Shown here piece after piece: positions 1-14,279 of a stretch of 64,000 nt of DNA. Numbering within the stretch: the first letter of the stretch is position 1; the number at the start of each line of letters is the position of its first letter. Source of the stretch: Octopus vulgaris (Eukaryota). The position numbers were made by a program, and so were the translations under genes. The stretch is taken from contig OX597814.1 of assembly GCA_951406725.2 (NCBI GenBank), forward strand, positions 41,912,001 to 41,976,000. Direction: 5' to 3'. The notes under the pieces are model-generated. The model ran no database searches. It was not told the DNA's origin and saw only the letters and a list, made by a program, of their open reading frames with translations.

Positions 1-151
1 TAATTGCCCGCCTTAAAGCACCTCGTGCGATATGGTGACAATAAACACCGTAGTGAATATAATGACGAAATAAATATGTAATATTTTATAAATAAGGATC
101 AGATCGATATCTGAATATCGATCTTATCAAATGACCAATATACACACAAAC

Positions 152-187
<36 letters not shown>

Positions 188-1529
188 CAATAAAGATTCA
201 AGTTAATTTAAATGAATTAACTTGAATATGGTACCTAACTTAGATGCACCAAAAGAAAACTATACTGATTTAACAATACAGTAATCTGGGGTGATTATAA
301 GCGAGAAAGAAGCAACAAGAATGGATAGGTTTTTAGTACAATCATTTCAAGATTTTATTGGCTAAACTGGCAATATGACCATTCCGAAATATAACAATAT
401 ATATATATATATATATATATAATTTGTTGTACTGTAACATCAGCTAATATTAACCCATCAGTGAGAGATAAATATCATTTAATGCACATAATGTAATACC
501 TGAGTTACTCATATTGTCTTGCATTGGAAATGCAGGTCTAGGCAGGATTTTATAACACGCCTTTGAGCACTTGGTTTATTCAGTTTCCAAACCAGGACAT
601 TTAATAGACCCTGTGCTTAAAATCCGATCATTGCTTGGGCAGACACGGCGTGTGATTTTATACAGTGTATTTTATATTATATATAAGTGTGTGTATGTGT
701 TTGTATGTGTGTGTGTGTGAGAGAGAAAGAGAGAGAGAGAGTATAAATCATATAATGCCAGGTGGCAGGGGAGATGAATGTAGTTAATTTAATATTTGAT
801 ATCCTTACGATTATAGCCGTATTGCAGCCTTTATCACGTAAAAATATTTTCAGTGTATAATAAATTATTTTACATTTCTGCTCCAATCTTAATGATATCA
901 AGTGGTTAAATAAATTTATTCACCTTTCATACCTTCATACCTTTTGCGGTTTATATACTCCCCATGAAAAGATTTCATCGAATTGGTTTCCTGGATTTCA
1001 GTTGCATACGACTCTGCATTATACTCCTCAGTATTGGATTATTATGAGGTGTGATAGCCGAAGCCACATGTGAAGGTTTTTTGATAGCCACAAGATTCTA
1101 TGAGTTCGTAAATTTTCTCTCCTCTCTCTCCTTCTCTCTTTCTCTCTCCCTTTCTCCACTCGCACACGCTCACACACACACATACATGGTTAAACCACGA
1201 GTCGCTTGTAGTGGCTATTCACGTTTAGGTCATTTCTTCCACTCTCCCATCACAATTGTTTTTCCTTCCTGTTTTGTAAATAGCAATTTTGTTAACTTTT
1301 TAGGACGCTGTTATACGTTCATCAACTGATCTTTCCTTAAAAATGAACAATATTATCATAATTTTAAAAGGTTATATATCAGAATTAACAAATCGTCGGA
1401 ATAAATCAATATTTTCATTTTATTATTTGATTTGCAGCATTGTTGATGGGAATTCGTGTGCTGATTTATCTTGCTGCGTGTTGGGAGGGTCATTACGCTT
1501 ATAATAAGAAGCAAATGCACAGGCCCCCA

Positions 1530-2080
1530 AAAGACTTTTTTTTAATGTTGAGACACACGTCGAGGTACACGCAAAGACACGCATAAATACAAACACAAGT
1601 TCACACAAGGGCACATGCATCCACGCACACGTACAGGCAAACATAAACACGTACACAGACAGTGCACATACACATACGCGCAAACATGCATGCGTGCGCA
1701 GGAACACATACACGCGACCAAATAGGCACAAACATAGACATACTCCCCGACGCTTATTCAGAAAACGGGGTTCACCACACGGACATGCATAAGCGTACAC
1801 ACACACTAGAACGCACACTTAATTACCCACACAAATTCACACACTGAAGTAAGCACACATATTCACACGCACACATACGAACAAATACGCTGACTCACAG
1901 AATGGACTTAACTACGCAATCACGGACACTAGGCCACACACTTGAGCACACATGCATATATGCATACCGCACACACACACATACATACCCGCACACGCAG
2001 GAGTGCACACAGACACGTACATACATACGCGCACATGCAGTTGTACACACACACGTCTATTCTGTCCATTCCCTCATCCG
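1530..2080. repeat. Degenerate CA/GCAC-rich low-complexity tract
   Basis: Continuous imperfect ACAC/GCAC/ATAC units; produces spurious H/T and C/V ORFs. Confidence 0.8.
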
Positions 2081-5000
2081 TCACGTAAGAAACTTCATCC
2101 ATAAATCTTAACGGGATGACAAGTAAAATCTAACAGATCTGAGACGGAACTGACTCTGAACATAAAGACCGAAATATTAAAGAGATCACAAACACAATCA
2201 TTCATACAGGCGGGAATGTGAGCGTACACACACAAAAACACACACGTGCATATTCTAATTTTAAATTAATTTTGCAAATTTTCTTTGAATCCGCGCCGTG
2301 ACTGAAGTTATTTCTTGGCTCTCGATGACAAAAGGCTAACATTAGCTGCGTGGTAAGAATATCCACTACGATTTCATCGTCATAGATATCTAGTTTGGAA
2401 GTATTTATAGGTAAGCTGGCTCAGCAGAAAGCATATCTGCGAGAAATTGATTAGGCTTAAAAATCGTATGGAATATGGGAGATATGTAGCGCATTGAATT
2501 TATCGAAAAGTGAAAAAATCGTTTGAAGTTATTAATTTTAAATATAACTGATGCTGTCTTTGATACAGGTATATATGTAATATTCTTGTCGTCTCAGTCA
2601 GGTATGAAATCGAACCGTTTATTTTCGTGTGTGGTTTAATGAATGAGACCGTGTCCATATTCGCTTGGATATACTCGTGAATAAAATTTATGATAAAATA
2701 ATTAAAAAAGGCATGCCTCATCATTAATGAAATACAGTTAAAATATTTACCACTTTGCACTTGATTAACGAATTTCTACAAATTCACCTACGAATTTCTA
2801 ATAAAATTGTTTAAGTGTTTCGAAATATAAACTATAGAAGATTTGAATTTCGTTGTTACTTTTTTTTTGTTTGACTACCTACGTAACAAAAATATTTGCT
2901 TTATATTTTGGAAACAATGTGATGCTACAAAGAAATCGTTATGTACATGCCTTACTTTCTGTTTAGTAGAGAGCGAACATCCAAGTGGGTGTGTTTCGAC
3001 ATCCATGAGAGAAAATACAAAGATTGTTCCTCACTTTCTGTTAGGTGGTGCTTTTTAATATATTTTGATTTTACAATTTGTACAGAAATTAATTATTACT
3101 TAATTATAATGTTATCATTAAAATAAATGCTTGCAATGAAAATTATCTTTTACGTGTTAATTAAAGCATTGACCTTTGTGAATATTTGCATACCTGCAGT
3201 TAACGGAATTATTCAACTCGTGAGTAATTAATAACTCATCATTCTAATTCCCAAATCATAAAAACAAAACAAACGGATACAATTACATTTAATTTTGTGG
3301 GTTTCGAGCTATGAAAATAACAAAAACAAAGCTCTTAATAATTAATTGATTGGTTAAAATCAAGGAAAGAAATATTGGGAATGATGTCATGAATATATAA
3401 TTATAAGCTTCGGATTATATAAACATACACAGTACATGTCTTCATTAAAAGTCTTGTAGTGAAGTGGTAGTTAGAATTTGTCTCCTTCAATCAGTAGTGC
3501 GCCTGGTGGATCGTACTTTACTACAAAATACTGAACATATCATGTGCCACATTAGAAACTGTACGTTATATACTACTAGAAATGCTATAGATGTTTTCTA
3601 CATTATTAAATTTGTTACACACACACACACACACACTCACAAACACACACATAATGTTCAAATTAATGTTAAAATTCAGTGTTTTCTCCAAAACTCCACG
3701 TTAGACGTATGAGCAACAGAGATATTAAAAATATATCCAACTATAGAAATTTTACTCTGTTGATTACAGAACTGGAATGAAAGTTCCGTACACATACAGA
3801 GAGGATTATGAAAGTAGTCCGTACGTTTATTTGACCATTTTACTTTTCTCTGATTCAGACTGTGTATCATTCGTTCATTATATTTTCTTCATATATGTCC
3901 TGGAATATGAAATCCAAAAAATAGTTTTCATTAACGTTGGAGAAAGAGGTTTAAAATCTATAATTATTTAACATTATATACCAGGGCCTAATACATCTTA
4001 TTACTTGTTTATGATTGACTGCTGGGATACGCAGCATAAGCTGCAGCGCTATTGATAAAAACTATTTTCCATTGGGAAGCAGTTGCTCTCACGTCATTGA
4101 ATTTTGCAATTTAACAAGTAAATTACTTTGTCTTAGAATTTAATATATTCTCTTACGGATAATTAATTCAATATTTTGCCTTAAGCACATTGCAGAATTA
4201 TTGTCTTATATGTGATTAACTCATTCTATAGTGTAATATGATTTATGGAGATATTAAACAGCCTGAAACAAACCAACATACGATAAATGGTAGTCTGACC
4301 TCATCATAATGGGATTTCTTAAACGCATTTACTTAAAGATTGTTACCCAATAAGCTTTGATATACAAAAAAAGGATCTTAACACTGACGGCAAAATTGAA
4401 GCTTCTAGTAGACGTTTCTATTTGTGCTTTAGCAGTGAGCAATCTACGAATGCTCTAATTCTGGTACAATTTTGTATGTATCAACAATGTCGTTTTCTCA
4501 TATTTTGCCTGGTACGATAGCAGTTTTGTTTCAACAACGTAGAATAATTTAGAATTGAAATTCTAGAATCCATATTAAAGAATTTAACGCTACAGTGATT
4601 AACCGCTATAAAAGATGCATGACTTACTTAACGTGGAGACAATAGTCTGATTTCGAATGCTTATAACCTGTCGGTCTTTGCTTAAACTAGTAGACGTTTG
4701 TTAATTTCTTCTTTAAGCACACGTAGAATACATACACACATTAATACATATGTATCCCTGGTTTTATTCTTTGAACCTTTCACTCTTTTCTGACTGATAT
4801 ATCAGTGTTGCATCATCTTTAAGTCTTTTCAGATAGTCTTATTGACCACAATTAGTAATTTAGTAATTATTTTATATTCATATATTTATTGAAAAAAATA
4901 TTTGTTTCGGCAAGCATAATTAAGATTTTAGGAATATTTGACATTCATGTATTTTAGCTAAAACTAATGACTGTAAATGTAGAAAGCACAAGAAATGATA

Positions 5001-8000
5001 TATTTAATATAAGTTTAGTGGTTAGATACAAATTTGTCCTCCTGGCAAACATAGCATTAAATCAAGGGAAATATATCTACATGCATACATGCATAAATTC
5101 ACCTAAGTACATACACACGTATAACTATGTAGTCTGATCTATGCATATGCATTTATATATAGTGATTGATTTCGTGTTTGGTTACGTGGTAGGCTGCTTA
5201 TATAATCATTGATTTCTCCTGATGAACATTCAGATTCATAACGCTGCATTTGAGAGTTCACTAGATTGGATCTAACAGCTTAAATAACAGACTAATTCTA
5301 CCATAAACCACGATGAAAAAAAAAAACTCTGTTCTGTTGTATGTATCTTCCTCTAATGCTATACGCAGATTCAATATAAATTTTTAAAATGTGTTTATTT
5401 TTGTGTTCGAATGCATTTACGTGCGTGTGTATATCATAGATCAAAGGCAGTTTGCGGACCCATTTCAATCATGTACCACAAAATTGATCTAACCATCCAA
5501 AATATTTTCCATCTATATATTTACACAAAATATATGAGATTTATTTATATAAACGAGCAAATATACATGTACACGTATGAACGCGCAGATACTTGCATTT
5601 CATCACATGCAGGTACATACATGCACGCAAGAATATCTAGATTAACTTACGCATACATATTTTATACATTCACAGCGTATGGGCATATGCACAAATTTCC
5701 ATGTATACGTGCATATATAAGACAAATATATAATCATACTTAGGTGCGCATGCGTTAAACACACGCAAACACTATATATTTTTTCCTCCTTTTTTTATTC
5801 ATATTTTCGTATATGTATAAATACATACAAACATAGGTATATGTATTTATATGCAATTGCCTCCAGGCTCTTAAATTTTATTGAATTTTCAGTTCGTTTT
5901 ATGTATACGAAGGATAATTTTCATTTAAAACCTTATGTGTGCACACACACTTAAAGCATGGAGAAAAATGGCGGCAACAGATAAAAAGTTAAATTATCTA
6001 GAAGCTATACTAGTAATACAGTTAACATTGCCAGGGTTTAACACTGGGAATGAGTGATATTATGAGAAAGCATAAGATTCATAGGTATATTTTCAAATGA
6101 ATTTAAGGGACAATGAAGGAATTGAATAGAGAAATAGAGCAGATTGCTGCTGCAAGTTAGAGTGCTAATAAGAAACGAAAGATCAAAAGTCAAATTCAGT
6201 TAGAAGCAGAAACATTAGCAAGTAAAGTATAGTCTATGGAACAAAAACAAGCAAGTGAAATGTTGAGAAATGTGCCTGTAGTATACGTATAGAAATGTGC
6301 GCTTATGATCACATTTTAGCAATTCACACTCGCACAAAAGTTTAATGCATGCGTTTCTCCTTGTTTGAATGTGTATGTGTACGTATATTCGGTCTCTCCT
6401 TGCTAATTCATGCACATCCATTTAGTTACCGTGTATGGATAATGCACATACATAAATACATGCGTATATCGTACGCGTTCGTGTGAGTATGTGCGTGTTT
6501 GGTATAGCCAAAGTAAGACACAGTGCGATACTTAATAGAAATGAGCGAAAAATATACATAAAATCTGTGAAACAAAGAGATGCGAAATAGTAAATTATAT
6601 GGGTTCGTATATATGCATGTTTTTGAATTGTGGAATAGTCAAACAGAGAGTTGCATAACAAAATATGCGCAGAATGAGTTGCTATTATTCTTTATGAAAT
6701 GCTCATTGCTAAGTGACCAGAACTACAATGAGAGGAAGAGCAAATGTGAACACCCCGTATTACAATGATTGCTAAAATTCATATTGGTATCACATAGAGA
6801 AAAAAAGTTACTAAGAATCCAATAAATAAGGAAGGTGGATTAAATCAAAATAAAATTACCAGAGATTCAATCAAATTTCACAGTACATATATGTGTCAGT
6901 GTGTTCGGGCGCGTACGCATGTGTGTATGCGTGTTTATATGTGCATGTCTGTGTTTGTGTTTCAAAGCTTAAAACAGTGAAATATACATATATTAATTTT
7001 ATGAAAGAAAATTAACTAATTTTTTTATCTCTCCGTTTATTATTCATCTTCATAGGGCAGCATAGGTTTTTCTTTGCTGAACATATAATAAATAAGACAA
7101 CATTGCAAATCTCCCAGCTCAACGCGACGTTTTTAATAAATAACCACATAAAACAAATTGACCGTGAATTAACTACTAAGATTTTCCACATTACTAAAAT
7201 GAATTTTCAACTTGTCTCTTCTTAATGGGTCTACTATCTTTAACTTGCAAAATAACAGCAATAAATTCATTCAATGTATTACAGATGATGTTACAAATAA
7301 CAGCAATGCATTGCTGATGTCTATTTGTCTGAGTTTTCTTTGTTTTTATTAATAAATACCTCATTGTTATAATTTTATTATATCCTTCTTTTACTAGTTA
7401 CATGAGTGAGCAATAATATACTACGATCAATAATACTTCAACATCCTTTGTCTAGTCATTATTTGGTGAATTGTATGATATTTTCGGTTAATCTTTTTCA
7501 GAAGGAAAATAAAAAATGAAGCAGAAATGTTAAATAACTTCAAGAAAATATAATGTAATCTATTAAAGATTAAGTACTTGCTTAGGGAAAAATGATAATT
7601 TCTTTCCAAACAAGAGGCTTCGATGGACAATAATATCACCAGTACACTACAGCCAAGTCAAGTATGCTTGATCAACTCACAAAAATGTGCACAAAGAAAA
7701 AAAAAGTATTTCGAAGAAATTTTTACCGAAATTGCGTCAGTTTAAAAGAAAAGGAGTTAAGATAAATATCTAAAGTCAATCGAAGCATCTGTTTGATTAA
7801 ATATATTATGGTATGATGTAATGAATGTAATTTGCAAAACATTCTTAATTATTTGAAAATTTTTCGACTGCTTAGAAAATGAAAATTAAGATTATCGGTG
7901 ATTATTAACGTTCCCCTAATGAAAGAGTCGATATATTTGTTCTATTTAGAATTAACCTTTCAAACTTAATTCTTATATCTAGAGAATAAAGTCATGTTCT

Positions 8001-8113
8001 TTGTTCGCAGGCAAGGGATACGTGAATCGTAATTGTTTTGTCCTAGAAATAATCAGAAGAGTATACCCTGCTCAAAATTGTTTGATTAGCTAGGAAATAT
8101 AATTACAGTTAGA

Positions 8114-8117
<4 letters not shown>

Positions 8118-8171
<54 letters not shown>
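8118..8171. repeat. (AT)n microsatellite (representative of dozens in the window)
   Basis: Perfect AT array; similar arrays at about 153, 11820, 12096, 12700, 13008, 23298, 29588, 31399, 34731, 41786, 48510, 52061, 60961. Confidence 0.95.
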
Positions 8172-8175
<4 letters not shown>

Positions 8176-9032
8176 AAAGGTATACAAAAGTTCTCAAATA
8201 TGCGTACGGTATGACTTTACATCAACGAGGAAAGAGATGAGAACTGAATGCTTTGTGCAAATAATTCTAAAGAGAAATTGCTGGTTTATAGAAATAAGCA
8301 GAAATCCTTATGTTATTTGTTAGCGGCTATTCTGATTTTGGTAGCAGTCAGGTTATGGCTATGAACCCGATTTTGTATTCGTTGTTGAGGAGAAGAGCAG
8401 TTGAGATATTGACGACTAGATTTAATAACAGATAATTAGCATCATACACAGACACAAATCCTCAACATCATCATCAGCAAAGACAAGTCAAACATCACGA
8501 ACACAACTGTCACAATTTCACCATAATCAAAACCGGCAGCAATTACATGAGTAGAAACGAGAGTCTCAAATTTTCCATTATAGCCACTTATTAGAGAAAA
8601 ATGAGAGTCCAAAATGAACATTCATATGCTATCTAATGCCCTTTCCAGAAGTGGAGCTTGTAAAACACAAGAGGATGGAAATCCTTATATGTTCGTATGC
8701 AAGTAATTTTAAATGACAAAGTACCTCAAGCACAACTCAAACAACAGAATACAGGATATAAACGAACCATACAAACGGCAAAAGGACAGATACAAGCACA
8801 TACGCTTTGCATGCCGGTACATTTTACTTCAATCAACGCTTGCTAATATGGATATGAGAATAGCAAATAAAAAAAATTGATGCCTTGCGTTGCTAGTCTT
8901 CCCAGTAAAGCACGGCCCTTTGAATTCTCGATGTATATCTATATCCGGAAATGTCCACCTAATAGCAAATACTGGACATGTTGCTTACGTAGAATTATTT
9001 CGTGGCAGTTTCGCAACAGCTGCTTCACTCAC

Positions 9033-9313
9033 GTTTTCGATAAAGTATATCCCTCCATTCCCAGCAGTTACACAGTCCGTTTAGATTATTATCAATCAGA
9101 ATAGTTTCCGCAACACGCTCGTTCAGGAATAAAAGGTTTGTGTAAGCTTGTTCGGCTGACATGTGAATGTTGCCTGGCTTTATAGATGTTGATTTGGTCA
9201 GCTTGGTTTGCAAGAAACATGAAGCGATGAACCGAGCAAAGTTCAATCCAAAACAGTGAGAGAGCTTGTCAATCAATGTATGGTAAGGCAGTTCATAGTG
9301 CTGAACTTCATTG
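9033..9313 (-). CDS. Candidate exon of an unidentified host gene
   Basis: Minus strand: pyrimidine-rich acceptor ttttcgtttcaAG at 9315-9314 and consensus donor GTGAGT at 9032-9027. One frame is open throughout (NEVQHYELPYHTLIDKLSHCFGLNFARFIASCFLQTK...WEWRDILYRK). Sequence is non-repetitive. Protein not recognised. Confidence 0.3.
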
Positions 9314-9702
9314 CTTGAAACGAAAATATTGGATATATATATATGGTGTTTAGTTGGGTTGTTCGAGGATACATGTGAGTGTGTAAGAATTTAATACTAA
9401 AAGGGGCTGAGAAAAAAACTTCCAACAATAGTAATAGCAAATACGTTCATTTGTTTTATTATATACCGCGATCAGAACACTGTATGAATTGGAGCTTTTG
9501 TTTATTTTTCCTTCTCACGGAAAGAAAGCGTTGCATTTTTATGTAATCAATAATGCTGACCACACAAGCTGAGAACGAGCAGTGAGTGGGGTTCTTTAAG
9601 TGATGTACCTCATGGTGTTAAGATAAGCACTAACGTCGCTTTTTTTCTTTTTTTTTTCAAAAATTCGAAAAGAAATTGGAGAACGTGTGTGTGAGTCTGA
9701 AT

Positions 9703-9743
9703 TTGTTGTTGTTCTTGTTGTTTATCTTCTTCTTCTTCTTCTT

Positions 9744-9833
<90 letters not shown>

Positions 9834-9930
9834 TTTTTTATTACTACTATTATTAGTAGTAGTAGTAGTTGTTGTTATTGTTGTAGCAGCGGCAGCAGTA
9901 CATCAGTAAAAGCAGCTGTAGTAGTAGTAT

Positions 9931-9970
<40 letters not shown>

Positions 9971-10004
9971 GGTGGTGGTCGTCGTCGTCGTCGTCGTCGT
10001 CGTG

Positions 10005-10052
<48 letters not shown>

Positions 10053-10053
10053 T
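9703..10053. repeat. Compound trinucleotide microsatellite (TTG)(TTC)n(TTA)n(TAG)n(TGG)n(TCG)n(TAG)n
   Basis: Directly visible; explains the poly-L/I/F/V/T ORFs at 9676-10111. Confidence 0.95.
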
Positions 10054-11211
10054 TGCCAGTGTCAGTGTTTTGGTAGCCAGTAACAAATATATTAAGTGTA
10101 CCGAATGACATATCTTCCAGAGTTTACTTTCTTCTGCTTTGCCTTATTTAGTTCATAGTGAAATAAACATTTGAGTTGGGTTAAAACAGCATTTAGTATA
10201 ATTTTCGTGACAGAAATGTTTTGACTGACAGATATCGGACTGCTCTCTTTCTCTTCTTAAATATCGATGAAACAAATTTTATTTTACCATTAGCTGTATA
10301 ACATGTTACATGATCACACTGATATATATATGTACCACGTGACATTGCGAACTACAGAGAGTAAATCGCATTTTATTAGGATTTGTCTTTAGTTCTGTCA
10401 TGTATTTTAGCAATGATGCACATAATATCAATGCTGCTGCTAAGAAAAACTGTGCTTTTAATGTTTATCACAGTTTCCATTGACCATGATCCGCGTGCCG
10501 CACTTATGGCATCTATTTTCCTCCTGTCCCCCTTTATACATGTATGGTATGTATGCATACATGTATAGTTGCACATGACCAGGGGGCAAGGCAAGATGAA
10601 ACTCGAAAAAATCCCCCCAAAAAATCTCTTTCCGCTTGAACACATAAATTCTTTTCGCTCTCTCCCCTTCTAGCCTTCTCTCCCACCGCGCTGTTGTAGC
10701 TGTCTCCACCAAACACGCACACAATCACACACACACATATATATATGTATATATATATATATATAGTTTTCAAAGTGACACACAGTTTCCTGGTGTAATA
10801 AAATAGAAATAATATTACTTCTAAATCTCTCAGAGAAAGCTAATCAGTAACAGTTCTTTAAAGTAAAGGCTATTTGCCAACATATCGTGGCTGTCCTGGA
10901 ATGGACGATGGTACTGTTGTTTAGTCATAGGAAACATCGTTTCCATCTGGCTATGCGACACAGATATTGTGCCGTATAGCCAGCTAAAACTAAAAAAAAT
11001 TCTGTGATCAATGAAAAGCGGAACGGTTTTTGGGATGTGACTGCAGATTTACCAGGGTGCTAAGGACTCTTTCCCGTCACAGTTACGAAAAAAGCAGACA
11101 TATTAATGTGGTGTGAAAGAAAGAAATTTGTGAATGTTGTCGAGTCAATGGTTCCTCGTGAAGATATGGACGCCGCTCGGGTTAGAAAGACTGGCGTTTA
11201 AGTAAACCTCC

Positions 11212-11787
11212 TATATGGGTACCCGACGTCACCAACTGTAATGCGCAAACAACGAGAGAAAAATATATGGAAAACAGGACAAGTAACATAAATAACGACC
11301 CCTCATAATTTGTCGGCTGCCTATCTACTCTTCATTTCGAGCATTCAACGACAATATGAGTCTTCGAAAAACTTGCTTCCATAACTTCTAAAATAAAATT
11401 TGGGGCTCTACTGAAGGGTCAAATTTGGGAATAAAAACAGGAGAGTAGAGACATATTTACCCTCGTTCTGGTCTAACGAACCTCCATATTTGTTTTCGTT
11501 CGGTTTCCTTGTATGTCTCCACTTTCCTGTTTTTATTCCCAAATTTGACTCTCCATAAATACAAAATTTTATTTTGGAAGTTATGGGAGCGACCGTCTTC
11601 GAAGACGCATATTGTCACAGAATGCTTTAAATGAGGAGTAGGTAGACAGCCGAAAACTGAAGAGGAGTCGTTCTTTCTATTACTTGTCTTGTTTTCCATT
11701 ATTTTTTCTCTTTGTTTGCATATTCAACTCGTTTGCTTTCATCGTACTTCATGTTTTTTACAGTTGGTGACGTCCTGTACCCATATA
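11212..11787. repeat. Long imperfect inverted repeat (two convergent copies of one interspersed element)
   Basis: Left arm 11212-11455 (tatatgggtac..gacgtcaccaactgtaa..tggaaaacaggacaagtaa..gtcaaatttgggaataaaaacagga..gagacata) matches the reverse complement of 11512-11787. Spacer about 56 bp; the left arm lacks about 35 bp present in the right. Confidence 0.9.
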
Positions 11788-11816
11788 TGCATATATATGC
11801 ATCTATTATTTATATA

Positions 11817-11874
<58 letters not shown>

Positions 11875-12093
11875 ATGTGTGTGTGTACGTACGCGAGTGC
11901 CTTCATGGAGTACCGCCTTCTGATTTATAAGAAGTGACCGCCATCAATATTATTTTTCCGCGGTCACATATGTCAAAACATTTGGTCAAGTCCAAAAGCG
12001 TGGAAAGAATGATTCTTACCCATACAGCCATGCCATATGAAAAGTACGACAGTTTTGGGAACGCACACACGCCCGCAAAATATACTTATCTGC

Positions 12094-12180
<87 letters not shown>

Positions 12181-12694
12181 GCGTGTGTCTGTGTAAACAA
12201 GAGATATATATCTAGACACACTCGTGCACACTTAAACATGGGATATTCAAAAGTGTTCGTTCAAATATTTCAACAATATTTACAGCCAAATCTGTAGAGC
12301 ATTTTAATATATGCGGATATACTTCCACTATATCGGCGAGTCATATCTTCTAATAACTCTCAAAAACTTTCAAAAACCAACCCTCTAAATACATTTTTAA
12401 AATGTCCTGTACCACCGTTCAACACCTGGACTTCTGTAGATTAGCACCTATTGCCAGACTCCTGAAACAAATGAATCAAATCTGCTTAAACATGAACTAG
12501 CTACAAATATTGCATTATTAGTCCAATGTATATCCTCTTCTATCTTAGATTTTGATAATGGCACTTCATTAATGTGACGTTATATACATATATGTATATA
12601 CATAAATGTATACATTTATATACATAGAAACACAAACACATATTTAGATGCATGAATGTGTAAATATCTATGTGTATAAGCGTATTTATACATG

Positions 12695-12743
<49 letters not shown>

Positions 12744-12746
12744 CTA

Positions 12747-12802
<56 letters not shown>

Positions 12803-12995
12803 GAGACAGAGATAAGTAGAGAGTGAGAAAGAAAGAGCGGGAGACACATACAGGTACTTTCCATTAGCATTTAAATCATATATACATATATTTTAAATCA
12901 TATTTAGTTTCAATTTCATTTTTATATACTTTTAATATTGCCTTTGATATTATATTGTGAATATCGTTCCGTGTACACCCATAGACACGTACACT

Positions 12996-13066
<71 letters not shown>

Positions 13067-13581
13067 ATATTTATCAGCGTCTGTGTGAGTACGGGTAAAC
13101 ATACACATATACTCTAACACATAAATATATACGTGTCTACATTTATGTGTGTCTGTATGTATATAGCTGTAATCACATTCATAATAATTTCATTATATAG
13201 AAAATGCTTTGATGTGTTTTCCTGTTGATGTAGCTGATATAGTTGTTTTATTTCCTTCGTTCTTGCTTTGTTTGCTGTTATTATATTTCTGCTGCGAAGA
13301 AATTGTATGACTACAGTCCCTAAAATATTATACACGTTAATACATTTTCACCACTCTTACAATGGTTTGCAATAAAACACTGTTTTTTTTTACTGTTGTT
13401 ATTTGCTCAATACATATGAACACACACACACAAACAAACACACACACACTCAAACACACTCACACACACGAACACAGACACACACGAAAACACAGACACA
13501 CAGTCTCACTCTCTTTCTCGCTCACACATACACACAATCACACAACGATATATACATTATCATATTCATATACATATACAT

Positions 13582-13613
<32 letters not shown>

Positions 13614-13719
13614 TATGTATATGTATATAGATATAGATATATATATATACATATACACATATATATACGAATAGATATATCTTTGTATATATATGTATAT
13701 ACATATATGTGTATTTGTG

Positions 13720-13760
<41 letters not shown>

Positions 13761-14279
13761 GTGTGCGTGTGTGTGTGCAAGGCGGCCTATGTAGGCACTT
13801 TTATGAATGTGTTTTTGTGTGCGTCTGTGTGTGTCTGAGTATCTGTGTGCATGTCTGCTCACATCTATGTATAAAAGCGTGTGAATTGTGTTTGTCATTA
13901 CATTTGACATTGATGTTCGTATACGTGTGTTGTAGTTAGTGTGTAGCAAATGTTGAGTAAATTGTAGGCTGATGTTCTGCAGCTATTCATACAATTTATT
14001 ATTTATGAAAATAGCAATAAAACTTCCAACACTGGTATTGTCGCTCATATTGCAGTTGCTGCAAGAGTCTTGAAACTACATTGGAAATACGACTGCTACT
14101 GTCAAATCTATGTTGATTTTCTCTCCTCACATGTATACGGCAACTATTTAGGCCTTCTTTTAGGATTTATATGTTTTGAAAACCTACCTACTTTATCTCA
14201 GTTGTATGCATTACGTCACCCGTAAAACTGTATGTAAAATCGATATTATCAACATGAAGGTTTGAACAACATCCGCATG

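Noticed and set aside
2400-2420. Isolated strong plus-strand donor AG|GTAAGC (also AG|GTAAGA at 61270)
   Set aside because: No supporting acceptor or open frame; expected by chance in 64 kb.
9676-10111. Poly-L/I/V/T ORFs resembling membrane or mucin proteins
   Set aside because: Entirely explained by trinucleotide arrays.
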